A stretch of 61,338 bases of DNA, the filler included. It is 4 parts of 4 records of this genome, joined end to end, with 100 filler letters (N's around TTAATTAATTAA, not from the genome) between each part and the next. Parts side by side here need not be neighbours in the genome. Positions count along the whole stretch, not along the records: positions 35,301 to 57,418 come from SRR20825010_5705; positions 57,519 to 61,338 come from SRR20825010_5714; 2 more parts are not named here. One strand, 5' to 3'. A program made the position numbers and the translations under genes. Position 1 is the first letter of the stretch, and each line of letters begins with the position of its first letter. Below are positions 48,085-58,626 of the stretch, piece by piece. The notes beneath the pieces are model-generated. The model did not search any database. It was given only the letters and a program-made list of their open reading frames with translations, and had not been told where the DNA came from.

Positions 48085-49568
48085 GAAACGATCAAATCCG
48101 AATAATTTCCTCCTTTGTAAGTTTTGCAGGTCATCGCATTCCTCAACACGGCTGGTTTCAGCATCGATTTCCCCATCAGCATCCTTCCACATTCCTGGAT
48201 TCCCTCAATAATCGACGGGTGCGGATGAATCAACTCTGCCAGCTCCTGCATGCCTTTGTCCATAGAAATCAGCAAAGCAACTGCCTGAATGGCACTGGAT
48301 GCATGCTCGCCAACCACGCGCATTCCAAGTATTTTTTGTTGGGCATCATTGCTGACGATTATTTTTATAAATCCTTGTGTGTTTCGCATGGCTATGGCCC
48401 TTGGGATGCAGGAATAGTCGATGCTCACCACTTTATATTCTAACCCTTTCTGCTGTGCTTGTATTTCGTTCATGCCTACACCGGCCACTTCCGGGTGCAG
48501 GAACATAATTGTTGAGATGTTTTCATAAACCAAATCCCGCTCCGGTTTGCCGTAAATCCGTTCAATGGCAAATCGTCCTTCCAGCTCTCCAACATTGACA
48601 AGGGAAATATCGGCAGTAATGTCCCCAACCGCATAGATATTAGGAACGCTTGTCTGTGTTCGGTCATCGATAATCCCTCTGTTGTCGATATCCACTTTTA
48701 CAGAATCAGCAAAAAGTCCATTGTAATTCGGAACCCGACCAACGGAAACCAATGCTTTTTCCACCTTGAAGACCTCCTTGCTTCCATCGGTATATTCCAG
48801 TGTGTACACCACCATGTTATTCTCGATCTTCATGTCGATTAATTTCGAATTCCGGTGAATGAGCACGTTTTTAGCCTCCAGGTTTCTTTCAATCATCTTC
48901 ACCACATCTTCGTCCTCAAACGGAAGAATACGATCTCCTTTATCGATCAAATGAACCTTTGTCTTACCGAAGTTGGAGAAAATGGTTGCAAACTCACAAC
49001 CTATTACCCCTGCCCCAACGATCACCATGCTTTTTGGAAATTCTTCGAGCTTTTCCAATCCATCACTGGTAAAAACAGTTTCCTCGTCGATAGGCAATTC
49101 AGGAAGTTTTCGTGGGGTGCTGCCAGTTGCCAGGATAATGTAGTCCGCCTCAATGATTTTGGTTCCGTTCGTTGTGCGAATCTCCACCTGATTGTTGCTA
49201 ATCACCTTGGCATTACCTAGGAGAAAGTCCAAATGATCCTCCGCTCTCGAAACGTTAATGTTCTGGAGATGATGTTCCAGCTGCTGCATACGCTCGTTTA
49301 CAGCTTCTTTTACTTCGGTCTTGATATTTATAAAGTTGAAAGCCGTGCTTCCCTGAAGATTAAAGGCTTTGTCGTGCTTTCGAAGGGATGCAGCCTCACG
49401 GCTCAGCTCCCACCAGGTCTTGCTCCACAACGCACCGTGATGAATCCCCGCACCCCCCAACTGCTTTTTTTCGATTAAAAGAACTTTTTTGTGAAAATCC
49501 ACCGCTCTCATAGCAGCAGCATAACCGGCCGGGCCAGCGCCGATCACACAAACATCATATTTAGTCAT
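48081..49568 (-). CDS. Pyridine nucleotide-disulfide oxidoreductase family flavoprotein (Lpd/SthA-like) without redox cysteines
   Basis: GAGPAG, ILATGS, GAGVIGCE, IYAVGD, HPSIIE; GGAGIHHGALWSK replaces GGxCxxxGCxPSK. Confidence 0.85.
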   Translation of the reverse strand: MTKYDVCVIGAGPAGYAAAMRAVDFHKKVLLIEKKQLGGAGIHHGALWSKTWWELSREAASLRKHDKAFNLQGSTAFNFINIKTEVKEAVNERMQQLEHHLQNINVSRAEDHLDFLLGNAKVISNNQVEIRTTNGTKIIEADYIILATGSTPRKLPELPIDEETVFTSDGLEKLEEFPKSMVIVGAGVIGCEFATIFSNFGKTKVHLIDKGDRILPFEDEDVVKMIERNLEAKNVLIHRNSKLIDMKIENNMVVYTLEYTDGSKEVFKVEKALVSVGRVPNYNGLFADSVKVDIDNRGIIDDRTQTSVPNIYAVGDITADISLVNVGELEGRFAIERIYGKPERDLVYENISTIMFLHPEVAGVGMNEIQAQQKGLEYKVVSIDYSCIPRAIAMRNTQGFIKIIVSNDAQQKILGMRVVGEHASSAIQAVALLISMDKGMQELAELIHPHPSIIEGIQECGRMLMGKSMLKPAVLRNAMTCKTYKGGNYSDLIVS

Positions 49569-49804
49569 AGTCAAGATTAGGTTTGAATACTTGAAATCTA
49601 CTTAAAATATCTCCAAAGAGGAAGTTACAGCTTCATTAAGATCGCCGGTCTGGTGTTTTCCGTATTACTACCTAGTTGCTTTCTACGGGGAAAGTCGGAT
49701 TACAGCACCTAATTTTTCCTTCAATCCTGTAATTTGATTTTTCGCTTTGTTTGACTTTTTTTCGAAATGATTAACTTGGCAAAGTGAAGAACCACCAACC
49801 CATT

Positions 49805-50485
49805 ATGAGAATAAATCAATTCTTGTTTTTTGTCTTTTTTATTGCATTTCTATCGCCTTACCGGAGCACGGCACAGGATATCAACCTGATTGGCCGGGGC
49901 AGTGTGGGGATTGGATTTGATTACCTCTCGCAAGATTTCAAGGGGATTAAAACCTTCTACAGCCCCGGTGGTGGCGTCAGTTTTGAAGCAGGTATGGAAG
50001 GTGAGCTACAAAACGACATTTTCTGGTATGGTACCGTTGGGATTACATTCAACCTAAACCTTCACTATGAGGAAGTAAATGGAGTAACTCAAAAGACCTC
50101 CTACTCCTGGAACAAGAAGTTTTTCACTGCCGGGGCGACTAAATACTTCGACATCCGCAACAACTTTATTGATAATTTTTACGGCGGTGGGGGTTTAACT
50201 TTTGGTATTCCGGGTATTCTTCGAAGAACAGAAAACGACGATTACAAAGGAAGAATCCGATACAATCCCGCTCTCGGGTTTCAGTTAGAGGGAGGAGCCA
50301 CGCTCAGTTTCTCGGATGTACTCCTCCTTCGGCCATCCATTCGCTACCGATTCATTCGCTACAATAGCAAATCTTATGCACATGGAGACGTTAAATCACT
50401 TGAACCGAGCTTAAGAAAAGCGCGAGGTGAAGGCATTGATATTTCTGTTTCTATTGTGAGAACGATAAAAAGCGGAAGACGGTAA
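49805..50485 (+). CDS. Outer-membrane beta-barrel-like hypothetical protein
   Basis: Signal peptide ending STA-Q, alternating beta-strands, FYGGGGLTF. Confidence 0.65.
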   Translation: MRINQFLFFVFFIAFLSPYRSTAQDINLIGRGSVGIGFDYLSQDFKGIKTFYSPGGGVSFEAGMEGELQNDIFWYGTVGITFNLNLHYEEVNGVTQKTSYSWNKKFFTAGATKYFDIRNNFIDNFYGGGGLTFGIPGILRRTENDDYKGRIRYNPALGFQLEGGATLSFSDVLLLRPSIRYRFIRYNSKSYAHGDVKSLEPSLRKARGEGIDISVSIVRTIKSGRR

Positions 50486-50487
50486 AT

Positions 50488-51084
50488 TTATTTCTTGTGC
50501 CGTTTTTCTAAGACCTCAACCACATCCTTTAGCGTCAGATCCTTTTGAGCCAAAAGCACCATCAGATGAAACAACAAATCCGCTGATTCGCTTACTAACA
50601 ATTCGCTGTTGTCATCCATGGCTTCAATCACCACTTCCACCGCTTCCTCACCAACTTTCTGAGCCACTTTATTCACCCCTTTGGCAAATAGGCTGCTCGT
50701 ATACGATTCGTCGGGCGTGCTTTTTTTTCTTTCTTCGATCACTTGTGTCAAATGATTCAGAAAAGAAATGGTATCTGAATTGGTTTCATTGAAACAGGTG
50801 TCGGCTCCTGTGTGGCAGGCAGGGCCAACGGGATTGGCTTTGATAAGAAGTGTATCCTGATCGCAATCGGGAGTGATTTCTTTTACCAACAGGAAATTAC
50901 CCGAAGTTTCCCCTTTTGTCCAGAGTCGATTTTTACTTCTGCTGAAGAAGGTTACTTTGCCTGACTTTTCGGTTTCGGTCAAAGCCTCCTCGTTCATATA
51001 GCCAAGCATGAGTACTTTTCCGGTGATTGCATCCTGAATGATGGCCGGGATCAGGCCGTTTCCTTTATTAAAGTCCAATGTCAT
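50488..51084 (-). CDS. hisIE: Bifunctional phosphoribosyl-AMP cyclohydrolase / phosphoribosyl-ATP pyrophosphatase
   Basis: [34 protein letters not shown]. Confidence 0.96.
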   Translation of the reverse strand: MTLDFNKGNGLIPAIIQDAITGKVLMLGYMNEEALTETEKSGKVTFFSRSKNRLWTKGETSGNFLLVKEITPDCDQDTLLIKANPVGPACHTGADTCFNETNSDTISFLNHLTQVIEERKKSTPDESYTSSLFAKGVNKVAQKVGEEAVEVVIEAMDDNSELLVSESADLLFHLMVLLAQKDLTLKDVVEVLEKRHKK

Positions 51085-51836
51085 TTTCTGATTGGAATAT
51101 TCTTTTTACTTAATTCATTTTTCAAATGCCCGATTTCCACTTCTTTGTAGTGAAAAATGCTGGCCGCCAAAGCAGCATCTGCTTTTCCGTCCGCAAATAT
51201 ATCCTGAAAATGCTGCTCGGTTCCCCCACCGCCCGAAGCAATAATGGGAATAGTCAGTGCTTCTGAAAGCTGCTTCGTTAATTCGAGCGCAAAACCAGCC
51301 TTGGTTCCGTCGTGATCCATGGAGGTCAGCAAGATCTCCCCTGCCCCACGTTTTTCCATTTCCTGTGCCCAGGCCAGCGTTTCCAACTCGGTCGGTTTCG
51401 TGCCGCCGTGTGTGTGAACGATGTTCTTTCCTTTTACATTTCTGCTATCAATAGCCACCACGATGCATTGCGAACCAAATTCTTTGGAAAGCGCATTGAT
51501 CAGTCCCGGATTTTTCACCGCAGAAGAATTAACGGAAACTTTATCAGCTCCCGCATCCAAAAGGGCTTTTACATCTTCAACTGAGCTAATGCCTCCTCCT
51601 ACTGTAAAAGGAATATGCACGGCTTCAGCTACTTGCTTTACCAGCTCCACAAGCGTTTTTCTTTTTTCCAGCGTGGCAGAAATATCCAAAAATACCAATT
51701 CATCTGCTCCCTCCTTTGCATAGCGCTGGGCAAGTTCCACGGGATCTCCTGCATCACGCAAATCAACAAAATTGACCCCTTTCACGGTGCGACCGTCTTT
51801 CACATCCAAACAAGGAATTATTCTTTTTGTCAGCAT
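51081..51836 (-). CDS. hisF: Imidazole glycerol phosphate synthase cyclase subunit
   Basis: [35 protein letters not shown]. Confidence 0.97.
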   Translation of the reverse strand: MLTKRIIPCLDVKDGRTVKGVNFVDLRDAGDPVELAQRYAKEGADELVFLDISATLEKRKTLVELVKQVAEAVHIPFTVGGGISSVEDVKALLDAGADKVSVNSSAVKNPGLINALSKEFGSQCIVVAIDSRNVKGKNIVHTHGGTKPTELETLAWAQEMEKRGAGEILLTSMDHDGTKAGFALELTKQLSEALTIPIIASGGGGTEQHFQDIFADGKADAALAASIFHYKEVEIGHLKNELSKKNIPIRK

Positions 51837-51837
51837 A

Positions 51838-52551
51838 TCAAAATTGGGCTAGTTGTTCCAGCGTGATTCTTCCTTCGTAATAAGCTTTTCCCACGATCGC
51901 CGCATGGAGTTTGTTTTCTTTTAACCGGTGCAAATCATCAATTTGCGAAACGCCCCCACTCGCTATCAGTTTCAATTCAGGAAAACGGGAAAGAACTTTA
52001 TTATAAAGATCAAACGAAGGCCCTTGCAACGCACCATCTTTCGATATATCGGTACAAATCACTTCGCCAATTCCTGAGCTAATATAGTCTGCCAGGTATT
52101 CGAACAAGTCGATTCCTGAAGACTCCTGCCAGCCGGAAACCATCACCTTACCATCCAACACATCTGCACCCAAAATGATTTTATCTCCTCCGTATTCTTT
52201 AATCCATTCTTTTACCAATGCCGGATTTTTCGCAGCAATACTTCCTGCGGTAACCTGTTTAGCACCAGCATTTAAGGCCTTTTCCAAATCTTCGCGAGTT
52301 TTCACACCTCCACCAAAATCCACATGCAATCCCGTGTTTGTGGTGATCGCTGAAAGCACATCCAGGTTCACCACGTGACTGGCTTTTGCTCCATCCAAAT
52401 CCACCACATGCAGCCGACGAACGCCAGCCGCTTCAAACTGCTGAGCGACCTCAACAGGATTCTCCGCATACTGTGTCATCTGATTGTAATCCCCTTTGGT
52501 CAGGCGCACGCATTTTCCTCCGATAATATCGATCGCTGGAATGATGTCCAT
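51838..52551 (-). CDS. hisA: ProFAR isomerase
   Basis: [34 protein letters not shown]. Confidence 0.96.
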   Translation of the reverse strand: MDIIPAIDIIGGKCVRLTKGDYNQMTQYAENPVEVAQQFEAAGVRRLHVVDLDGAKASHVVNLDVLSAITTNTGLHVDFGGGVKTREDLEKALNAGAKQVTAGSIAAKNPALVKEWIKEYGGDKIILGADVLDGKVMVSGWQESSGIDLFEYLADYISSGIGEVICTDISKDGALQGPSFDLYNKVLSRFPELKLIASGGVSQIDDLHRLKENKLHAAIVGKAYYEGRITLEQLAQF

Positions 52552-52552
52552 A

Positions 52553-53143
52553 TTAAAGCTTTAAAAAGTTTTCCAATATTTTCATTCCGGTATCGGCGCT
52601 TTTCTCCGGGTGCGCCTGAACGGCAAAGTAGTTGTCCTTCTGAATCGCGGCGCTAAAAGGAAGGATGTAATCGCATTCCGCGATGGTATGCGTGCATTTC
52701 GGCACGTAGTAACTATGCACGAAATAGATGTATTCATCGTCCTCTACCCCACTAAAAAGCGGTGATTTCAGGTTGTAAATGTTGTTCCAACCCATGTGAG
52801 GCACTTTAATGCCCAATTCCGGCTTGAAACGAAGCACCTTTTCAGGAATGATGCCAATGCATTCGGTATCGTTTTCTTCGCTGGAAGCACACATGAGTTG
52901 CATGCCCAAACAAACCCCAAGAAAGGGTTGATGCAGGTTTTTCAGCACGTCTACGAGCCCGGCTTCTCTCAGGCTTTTCATGGCCGTACTGGCCTCTCCC
53001 TGTCCTGGGAAAATGATCTTATCCGCAGAACGGATTTCGTCCGGATCGTCCGTAAGAATGGGCTCATCCACCCCCAATCGGCTCAAGGCAAACTTGACGG
53101 ACTGGATGTTACCGGCATTGTATTTTACTATTGCAACCTTCAT
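52553..53143 (-). CDS. hisH: Imidazole glycerol phosphate synthase glutaminase subunit
   Basis: GVCLGMQ, VPHMGWN, YFVHSY, HPEKS; probable start MKVAIV. Confidence 0.96.
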   Translation of the reverse strand: MKVAIVKYNAGNIQSVKFALSRLGVDEPILTDDPDEIRSADKIIFPGQGEASTAMKSLREAGLVDVLKNLHQPFLGVCLGMQLMCASSEENDTECIGIIPEKVLRFKPELGIKVPHMGWNNIYNLKSPLFSGVEDDEYIYFVHSYYVPKCTHTIAECDYILPFSAAIQKDNYFAVQAHPEKSADTGMKILENFLKL

Positions 53144-53150
53144 AGAAAAT

Positions 53151-53178
53151 AAAAAAGGCTGTGAGAAAACCCACAACC
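53151..53178 (-). terminator. Terminator-like hairpin between phhA and hisH
   Basis: Minus strand GGTTGTGGG-tttt-CTCACAGCC-TTTTTT. Confidence 0.6.
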
Positions 53179-53209
53179 GCATTAGGTGCCCAAAGTTAGG
53201 AACCTTCGC

Positions 53210-53953
53210 CTAAGCGGACACGGATTGCTGCTTTCTTTTTTGCAGGGTCTCCTTCAAAAGTGCTTTTATCCGTGGGATGCTCTGATACAATTGCTCGTAG
53301 GAATCGATAATGTAATAATCCGTTTGGAACACGTCCTTTCGGTAGGGCATATCCAGCATGGCCTGCACATCAAATTCGTGATGATTAGGCTTGTCCGATA
53401 GACAATATTTTGTTTCACCAGCGGAAGAAAGAATGCCCGCCCCATAGATACGCAATCCGGCTGATTCACGGATCAAGCCAAACTCAACTGTAAACCAGTA
53501 GACTCGTGATAATAGTTCAATAGCCAAATCGTCCCCCACATAGACCAGACCTATCTTACTCAGCTCCTCCAGAAAATTCACAAAGGATTGATTGGACAAA
53601 AGCGGCACATGCGCAAAGACGTCATGAAACATGTCGGGCTCTTCCAGATAATCCAATTCCTTCATCTTTCTGAGCCAGGTGGTAGCAGGAAAATTCCGGT
53701 TGGACATGAGCTCAAAAAAAGTGTAATCCGGAACAATACCCGGCACCACGGCAAGCTTCCATCCGGTTAGTTCTAAAAGAATTTTATTCGTATCAGAAAA
53801 AGCAGGAATCCGATCCACCTGAAAATGGACCTTTTCCAATCCTTCGAGGAAGGCAGTGCTGGCTGCCTTTGGAAGGTTTTGCATTTGTCTTTCGAACAAA
53901 AGTTTCCAGACCTCAAAGTCCTCATTCTTGTAGTTGTCGTAGATCTGCTGCAT
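53210..53953 (-). CDS. phhA: Phenylalanine 4-monooxygenase
   Basis: YLEEPDMFHDVFAHVP, YWFTVEFGL, IYGAGILSS; TACCTTTG at 53970-53977 supports start MQQIYD. Confidence 0.93.
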   Translation of the reverse strand: MQQIYDNYKNEDFEVWKLLFERQMQNLPKAASTAFLEGLEKVHFQVDRIPAFSDTNKILLELTGWKLAVVPGIVPDYTFFELMSNRNFPATTWLRKMKELDYLEEPDMFHDVFAHVPLLSNQSFVNFLEELSKIGLVYVGDDLAIELLSRVYWFTVEFGLIRESAGLRIYGAGILSSAGETKYCLSDKPNHHEFDVQAMLDMPYRKDVFQTDYYIIDSYEQLYQSIPRIKALLKETLQKRKQQSVSA

Positions 53954-54450
53954 TGGGGCTCCTTTTGTGCAAAGGTAATGAGAATACGAAAGTTGGTACG
54001 GTGGTTTGTGATGGATGGTTATTAGAGGCCATTGGCTTTTGACCCTTGGCATTGGCTTTGGCTTTGATTTCCAACTTCCGTTTCCGGCTTTTCATTGCGT
54101 TGGGATAACCGCTGTAGGACGGAGGAAGTAAGGTATTAGGGAAGAATGAAATATTCAGCCTAAGGCTAACATTAGCTCGCAGCAACCATACAATAAATGT
54201 TCCTATCCAAATTACAGCAGACCGTTTATAAATCACATTTAAATTCTCGAAATTTTTACCCTTGCTGGCGGTGTTGCCGGAAGTTCACCAATGGCCAGCA
54301 GATTGCTGGAGATAACTCCAGCAACTTCACGAGTTCCCAAAATCAAGACGTTTCCTTTTGGCTGAATTTCGGAGGTTGGGTTCGTCAGGTATACGGATTA
54401 ATGTCCATTATCCTCCTGGTGCCAACCACTTTAAACTTTCAGTTTCCGGC

Positions 54451-55638
54451 TTAAAACTTCAACTCCGGATATTGATTCCAATAGGCAATTTTGTTGTTGT
54501 ACATGGCATCCAAAGACATGTGCACACATTGGGAAGTCAACGCGCCCGATTTGATGTCGGCATAAACCTTTGCTCCTTCTGTGATTGATTGGTAAAATTG
54601 TTCCAATGCCTGCAGCGTGCTGTCGTCTCCGCTCGCTTCAATGGGTGCTCCCTGCCCCCTTTCCCATGCCTGAACGGTAGCTCCACTTACTCCATCCACA
54701 ATCCCGGTTTTCATCGCCTTCCTCTCCGCGAAAATTTTCGCGCTGGTAGTATCCATGACAATGGTGGCCTTGCTCCCCAACACTTTGATCTGATAGCCCT
54801 CGTAGGCATTGGTGGTAGTACACATAAACGAGGCGTTCACGCCGGATGGATATTTATAGTTTAGCTGAATGTTGTCGTAGGTTTCTCTGCCATCTTTCCA
54901 ATGGTCGATACCGCCGAACCCACTGATTTTCTCCGGCACTTCCTCCAGTACCCGATTGATAAAGTCGATCTGGTGCGAACAAAGCTCTGCGGTAAGTCCG
55001 CCGGAGTACTCTCTGTACATGCGCCAATTGATCATACGCTCCCATTTCGGATCAGGCACTGGCCTGCGCCAATCTCCGTTCCGATTCCATTGGCACACAA
55101 AACCGGTAATTTCCCCAATGTAGCCTGAAGCAATAATTTGATGTGCTTTTTGATAAAGCTCCGAGCTATTGTATTGATGTCCTGACTGGAAAACGAGGTT
55201 TCTTGAGTTCTTATAAGCATCCAGCACCTTTTGCGTTTCTGCCATCCCTTTCACCATCGTTTTTTCACAATAGATGTGCTTTTCTGCCGCCAGGGCATCC
55301 AGGGTGATTTCATCGTGCAAACCGTACGGAACTGCAACGACCACTGCTTCCAGCCCCTTATGAGCCAACAAAGCGCGGTAATCTTCATAGCCCTTTGCGC
55401 CAGACTGCTTTACAGCAGCATCCAAACGAAACGGTATCAAGTCACTAACCGCCACCACTTTGATGTGTGGCACATTGTTCAGTATCGAAATGATTCCCGA
55501 ACCCCGGTCTCCGCATCCAACAACACCAATATTCAATATCCTGTCACCGGGTTTCCAACTGTTAATTGCAAAACCAGAGCTCATGACTCCTAAAGTAGCC
55601 AATGCGCTTACCTTGATAAATGATCTTCTGTCCTTCAT
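54451..55638 (-). CDS. Tat-exported Gfo/Idh/MocA oxidoreductase
   Basis: DRRSFIK twin-arginine signal, GCGDRG, YCEK, NWR..YSGG..ELCSHQID. Confidence 0.9.
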   Translation of the reverse strand: MKDRRSFIKVSALATLGVMSSGFAINSWKPGDRILNIGVVGCGDRGSGIISILNNVPHIKVVAVSDLIPFRLDAAVKQSGAKGYEDYRALLAHKGLEAVVVAVPYGLHDEITLDALAAEKHIYCEKTMVKGMAETQKVLDAYKNSRNLVFQSGHQYNSSELYQKAHQIIASGYIGEITGFVCQWNRNGDWRRPVPDPKWERMINWRMYREYSGGLTAELCSHQIDFINRVLEEVPEKISGFGGIDHWKDGRETYDNIQLNYKYPSGVNASFMCTTTNAYEGYQIKVLGSKATIVMDTTSAKIFAERKAMKTGIVDGVSGATVQAWERGQGAPIEASGDDSTLQALEQFYQSITEGAKVYADIKSGALTSQCVHMSLDAMYNNKIAYWNQYPELKF

Positions 55639-56951
55639 ATTTCCCATCCTGGTTCGTACGTTCTTCCCCACTTTGTATTTATATCCTTATCTACGGCCTT
55701 ACCTGTTTTGCTATCCACGTTGAAAGGCTTTCCAGCCTGGTAAGAAAGGTTCGCTAGCAAAGCCATGTGATTGCTTTTGACTGCATCAGCAATCGGTGCA
55801 TTGAGAGTTTCCTTGCCCCGAATGGATTCGAGCAGATTCTCCACGTGACGAGTTGTGGTATCACCACCGCCTCCAAGCGCAAGTCCACCCTCGTTGGTAG
55901 TACCCGTGCTCTCCTTAACTAATTTTCCACCACGATCAAATACCTTGTAGCTGCCACGATCCACCAGAACAGATCCTTCCGATCCATAAATCAAAGTGCC
56001 GCGACCTGTTCCGTAGGTGTTGTATCCGTTTCGGCTTTTGCCGTCCCAGCAGATGGTCTTGTCACCCTCAAATTTGAACGTAGCATACATGGTGTCGTAC
56101 ATCTCCCATCCGTCTTCCTTGAAGTGTTGCTTGGCGGCATCTACTTGCACAGATTCAGGAAAGTCTACCTGTAGTGCCCATCGGGCAACATCCAATTCAT
56201 GCACGGCGTTGTTTCCGGTCTCCGCAGTACCCCATTTCCAGCCGTACCAATGCCAGTTGTAATCCCATATATTATGATAATAGTCCTGCCGCGGAGCTGG
56301 CCCCTGAAACAAATCCCAATTGAGATCTGCAGGTGGTGCTTGTTTTATTTGGTTTGGCACTTCGCCCCGCTGGTTGTTGTAGATGGCTATTGCCCTGTAC
56401 GGGTTACCAATTATTCCATTGTGGATTTCTTTGACAATCTCAATGGTGTGATCCGAAGAACGTTGCTGATTCCCCATCTGAACCAGCTTCCCGGTTGCCT
56501 TTTGCCGCTCCACGATGATTTCTCCTTCTCTTGGGTTGTGCGCACAGGGTTTCTCCAAATACACATGCTTGCCAGCATTGAGTGCCATCACGGTAGCCGG
56601 GGCATGCCAATGGTCTGGCGTGGCAATAAATACGACATCCAGCTTTTTGTCATCGAGAATCTTACGGATATCTTCTTCCACCTTGGGTTTGTAATCAATG
56701 AATTCTGATAATTCGCCCATGGCTCTTGTCACCTGCGACTGCTTCACATCACAGAGATAAAGGAGTTTCGTATTGAATTGGTCATTGACCGCAGGATAAT
56801 AGCCCGGTACCCTTCGCCCCAACCCCATAAAACACATGTTGATACGGTCGTTTGAACCGAGGATGGCATTGTAACTGGACGCTTTCATGGCAAAGCCCAA
56901 ACCGGCCGTGGCAAGAGCCGTCTTTTTTATAAATTTTCTTCTTGAGGTCAT
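55635..56951 (-). CDS. Tat-exported Gfo/Idh/MocA oxidoreductase
   Basis: SRRKFIK signal, ATPDHWH, VYLEKP, QMGNQQRS, WDLFQGPAP, HELD. Confidence 0.92.
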   Translation of the reverse strand: MTSRRKFIKKTALATAGLGFAMKASSYNAILGSNDRINMCFMGLGRRVPGYYPAVNDQFNTKLLYLCDVKQSQVTRAMGELSEFIDYKPKVEEDIRKILDDKKLDVVFIATPDHWHAPATVMALNAGKHVYLEKPCAHNPREGEIIVERQKATGKLVQMGNQQRSSDHTIEIVKEIHNGIIGNPYRAIAIYNNQRGEVPNQIKQAPPADLNWDLFQGPAPRQDYYHNIWDYNWHWYGWKWGTAETGNNAVHELDVARWALQVDFPESVQVDAAKQHFKEDGWEMYDTMYATFKFEGDKTICWDGKSRNGYNTYGTGRGTLIYGSEGSVLVDRGSYKVFDRGGKLVKESTGTTNEGGLALGGGGDTTTRHVENLLESIRGKETLNAPIADAVKSNHMALLANLSYQAGKPFNVDSKTGKAVDKDINTKWGRTYEPGWEI

Positions 56952-56962
56952 GTAGGTTTCGT

Positions 56963-57418
56963 TTAGAATTCCCTGATTTTGATGCTTTTAAAACTCACTT
57001 CATTTCCATGGTCCTGAAGGAGGATCAGCCCTTCGGGCCAACGTCCGAAATTCTCCCAGTCCTTGTATTTACTGTAGTTCACCAGGGCTTCAAACATCTG
57101 TGAATACCGATCGTATTCCACCACTTTCTCGTTGTTGAGCCAATGCTCCACTTTGCCATCTTTGGAAACGATTCGTGCCTTCTGCCATTGGCCCGGCCCT
57201 CTTGACCGCCACTTGGACGATTGTTGCCGGGCAATTAGATCGTACAGTGATCCCAGGGTTCGATTGCCGCTGACTCCCATTTTTGCATCCGGATGCTTGT
57301 CGTTATCCAAAATCTGAAATTCACAGCCTATCGCTGAGCCTGCACCTTTGTTGATCGTAGGGTCCACAAAATATTTGATCCCACTATTGGCCCCTTCAGT
57401 AAACATAAACTCAAGCTC
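56963..57418 (-). CDS. DUF1080 (3-keto-disaccharide hydrolase-like) protein, 5' end truncated
   Basis: [39 protein letters not shown]. Confidence 0.88.
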   Translation of the reverse strand, partial: ELEFMFTEGANSGIKYFVDPTINKGAGSAIGCEFQILDNDKHPDAKMGVSGNRTLGSLYDLIARQQSSKWRSRGPGQWQKARIVSKDGKVEHWLNNEKVVEYDRYSQMFEALVNYSKYKDWENFGRWPEGLILLQDHGNEVSFKSIKIREF

Positions 57419-57518
57419 NNNNNNNNNNNNNNNNNNNNNNNNNNNNNNNNNNNNNNNNNNNNTTAATTAATTAANNNNNNNNNNNNNNNNNNNNNNNNNN
57501 NNNNNNNNNNNNNNNNNN
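57419..57518. other. Artificial contig spacer
   Basis: 44 N + TTAATTAATTAA + 44 N. Confidence 0.99.
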
Positions 57519-58040
57519 CCTTAGGTCTTCGGTGCCATGTTTAAAGCGCACAGCTTCCTTCAGGCCGATGAAAACGCCATAGGCGGTAAAGGGCGATGGA
57601 TCGCCCGTGCGGGCGGGATCTGATCCGTCATTGATGCCTCCGACATGCTTGGTCTGGCTTGCGATCTGTTCCATGTCGGCCGGGCTGGTGCCGACATCTT
57701 CTGCGACGATGTAGCGCCCGCCAACCTGTTCGACGGCACGACCCATCGCGCGAAACAGTTCCGGGGTTTTCTGACTGCGCGGATCGCCAATGATCACGGA
57801 TTTGCCACCACCAAGCGGAAGATTGGCAAGGGCAGATTTATACGTCATGCCCCGTGACAGACGCAGCACATCATGAATGGCTTCCTGTTCACTGGCATAG
57901 GGCCACATGCGACATCCACCCAATGATGGGCCAAGATGGGTGTTATGGACGGCGATGATGGTTTTCAGGCCAGTGGCATCGTCACTGGCAAACACGACCT
58001 GTTCATGGCCATCAAATGCGGTATCGGAAAAGACGTTCAT
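57519..58040 (-). CDS. Leucine dehydrogenase-like protein, 3' end truncated
   Basis: [47 protein letters not shown]. Confidence 0.92.
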
Positions 58041-58626
58041 CCTTTGCAGCCTCCTGGCAGCATCATTGTTCTGGTGCAGGTTGACGCCTGCTTATCCTTC
58101 TATGTTTGATGCATTGGACGGCGGATCAATTTTAAATTTACCCGAAGGCGAAAAAAGAACGTTTCGGTTGGGGGCGGTGTGCTGCGTGGAATTTTATGAT
58201 CATTGCTGATTCGTTTTGAAACATTGTTGCGCGACCTGTGCGGTGCAGCATGGTGTCCTTGGCACGATTTCGTTGAATAAGTGTCCCGAGTTGATTCTTT
58301 TTGTCGGCTTGATACGAACGCCCAAACAGCATCCCGACCAATTTAGGAGGCAAAAAGGGGCGATTTATTTTTCATCTGCCTCAGATGCGTGAATTTCGTG
58401 CTGATTGGCGCTGCCGGTGGTGTTCTGAGTGACACAGCTATGAAAAAAAGACACTTGAAACCGGACCGATTAATCTAGAAATACAAATTAGCCGGATGAT
58501 TTACGGCTCGTTAAGGCACGAAACGTAGACTCGTGGTTGGGTATCTTGTGGTTGAGATTCCCGGATCAGGACACGACGGCGTCTGGGCGGCGCCGCCGGA
58601 CAAAAAAAGTAAGGAGATCGGCGGAA

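Noticed and set aside
50488-53143. Incomplete his operon (no hisG, D, C, B) as a sign of pathway loss
   Set aside because: Split his clusters are common and the rest of the genome is not visible
53922-54588. Track ORFs 53922-54236, 54197-54454 and 54358-54588
   Set aside because: Mutually overlapping, no recognisable motifs, and they overlap real genes or promoters
32878-58040. Two leucine dehydrogenase genes (and two bcp genes at 5798 and 38077) suggesting duplication
   Set aside because: They lie on different contigs that appear to come from different organisms
58260-58277. TGGCACGATTTCGTTG as a sigma54 promoter
   Set aside because: The -12 element is not at the required spacing (CGTT follows N5) and it is far from the next plus-strand gene
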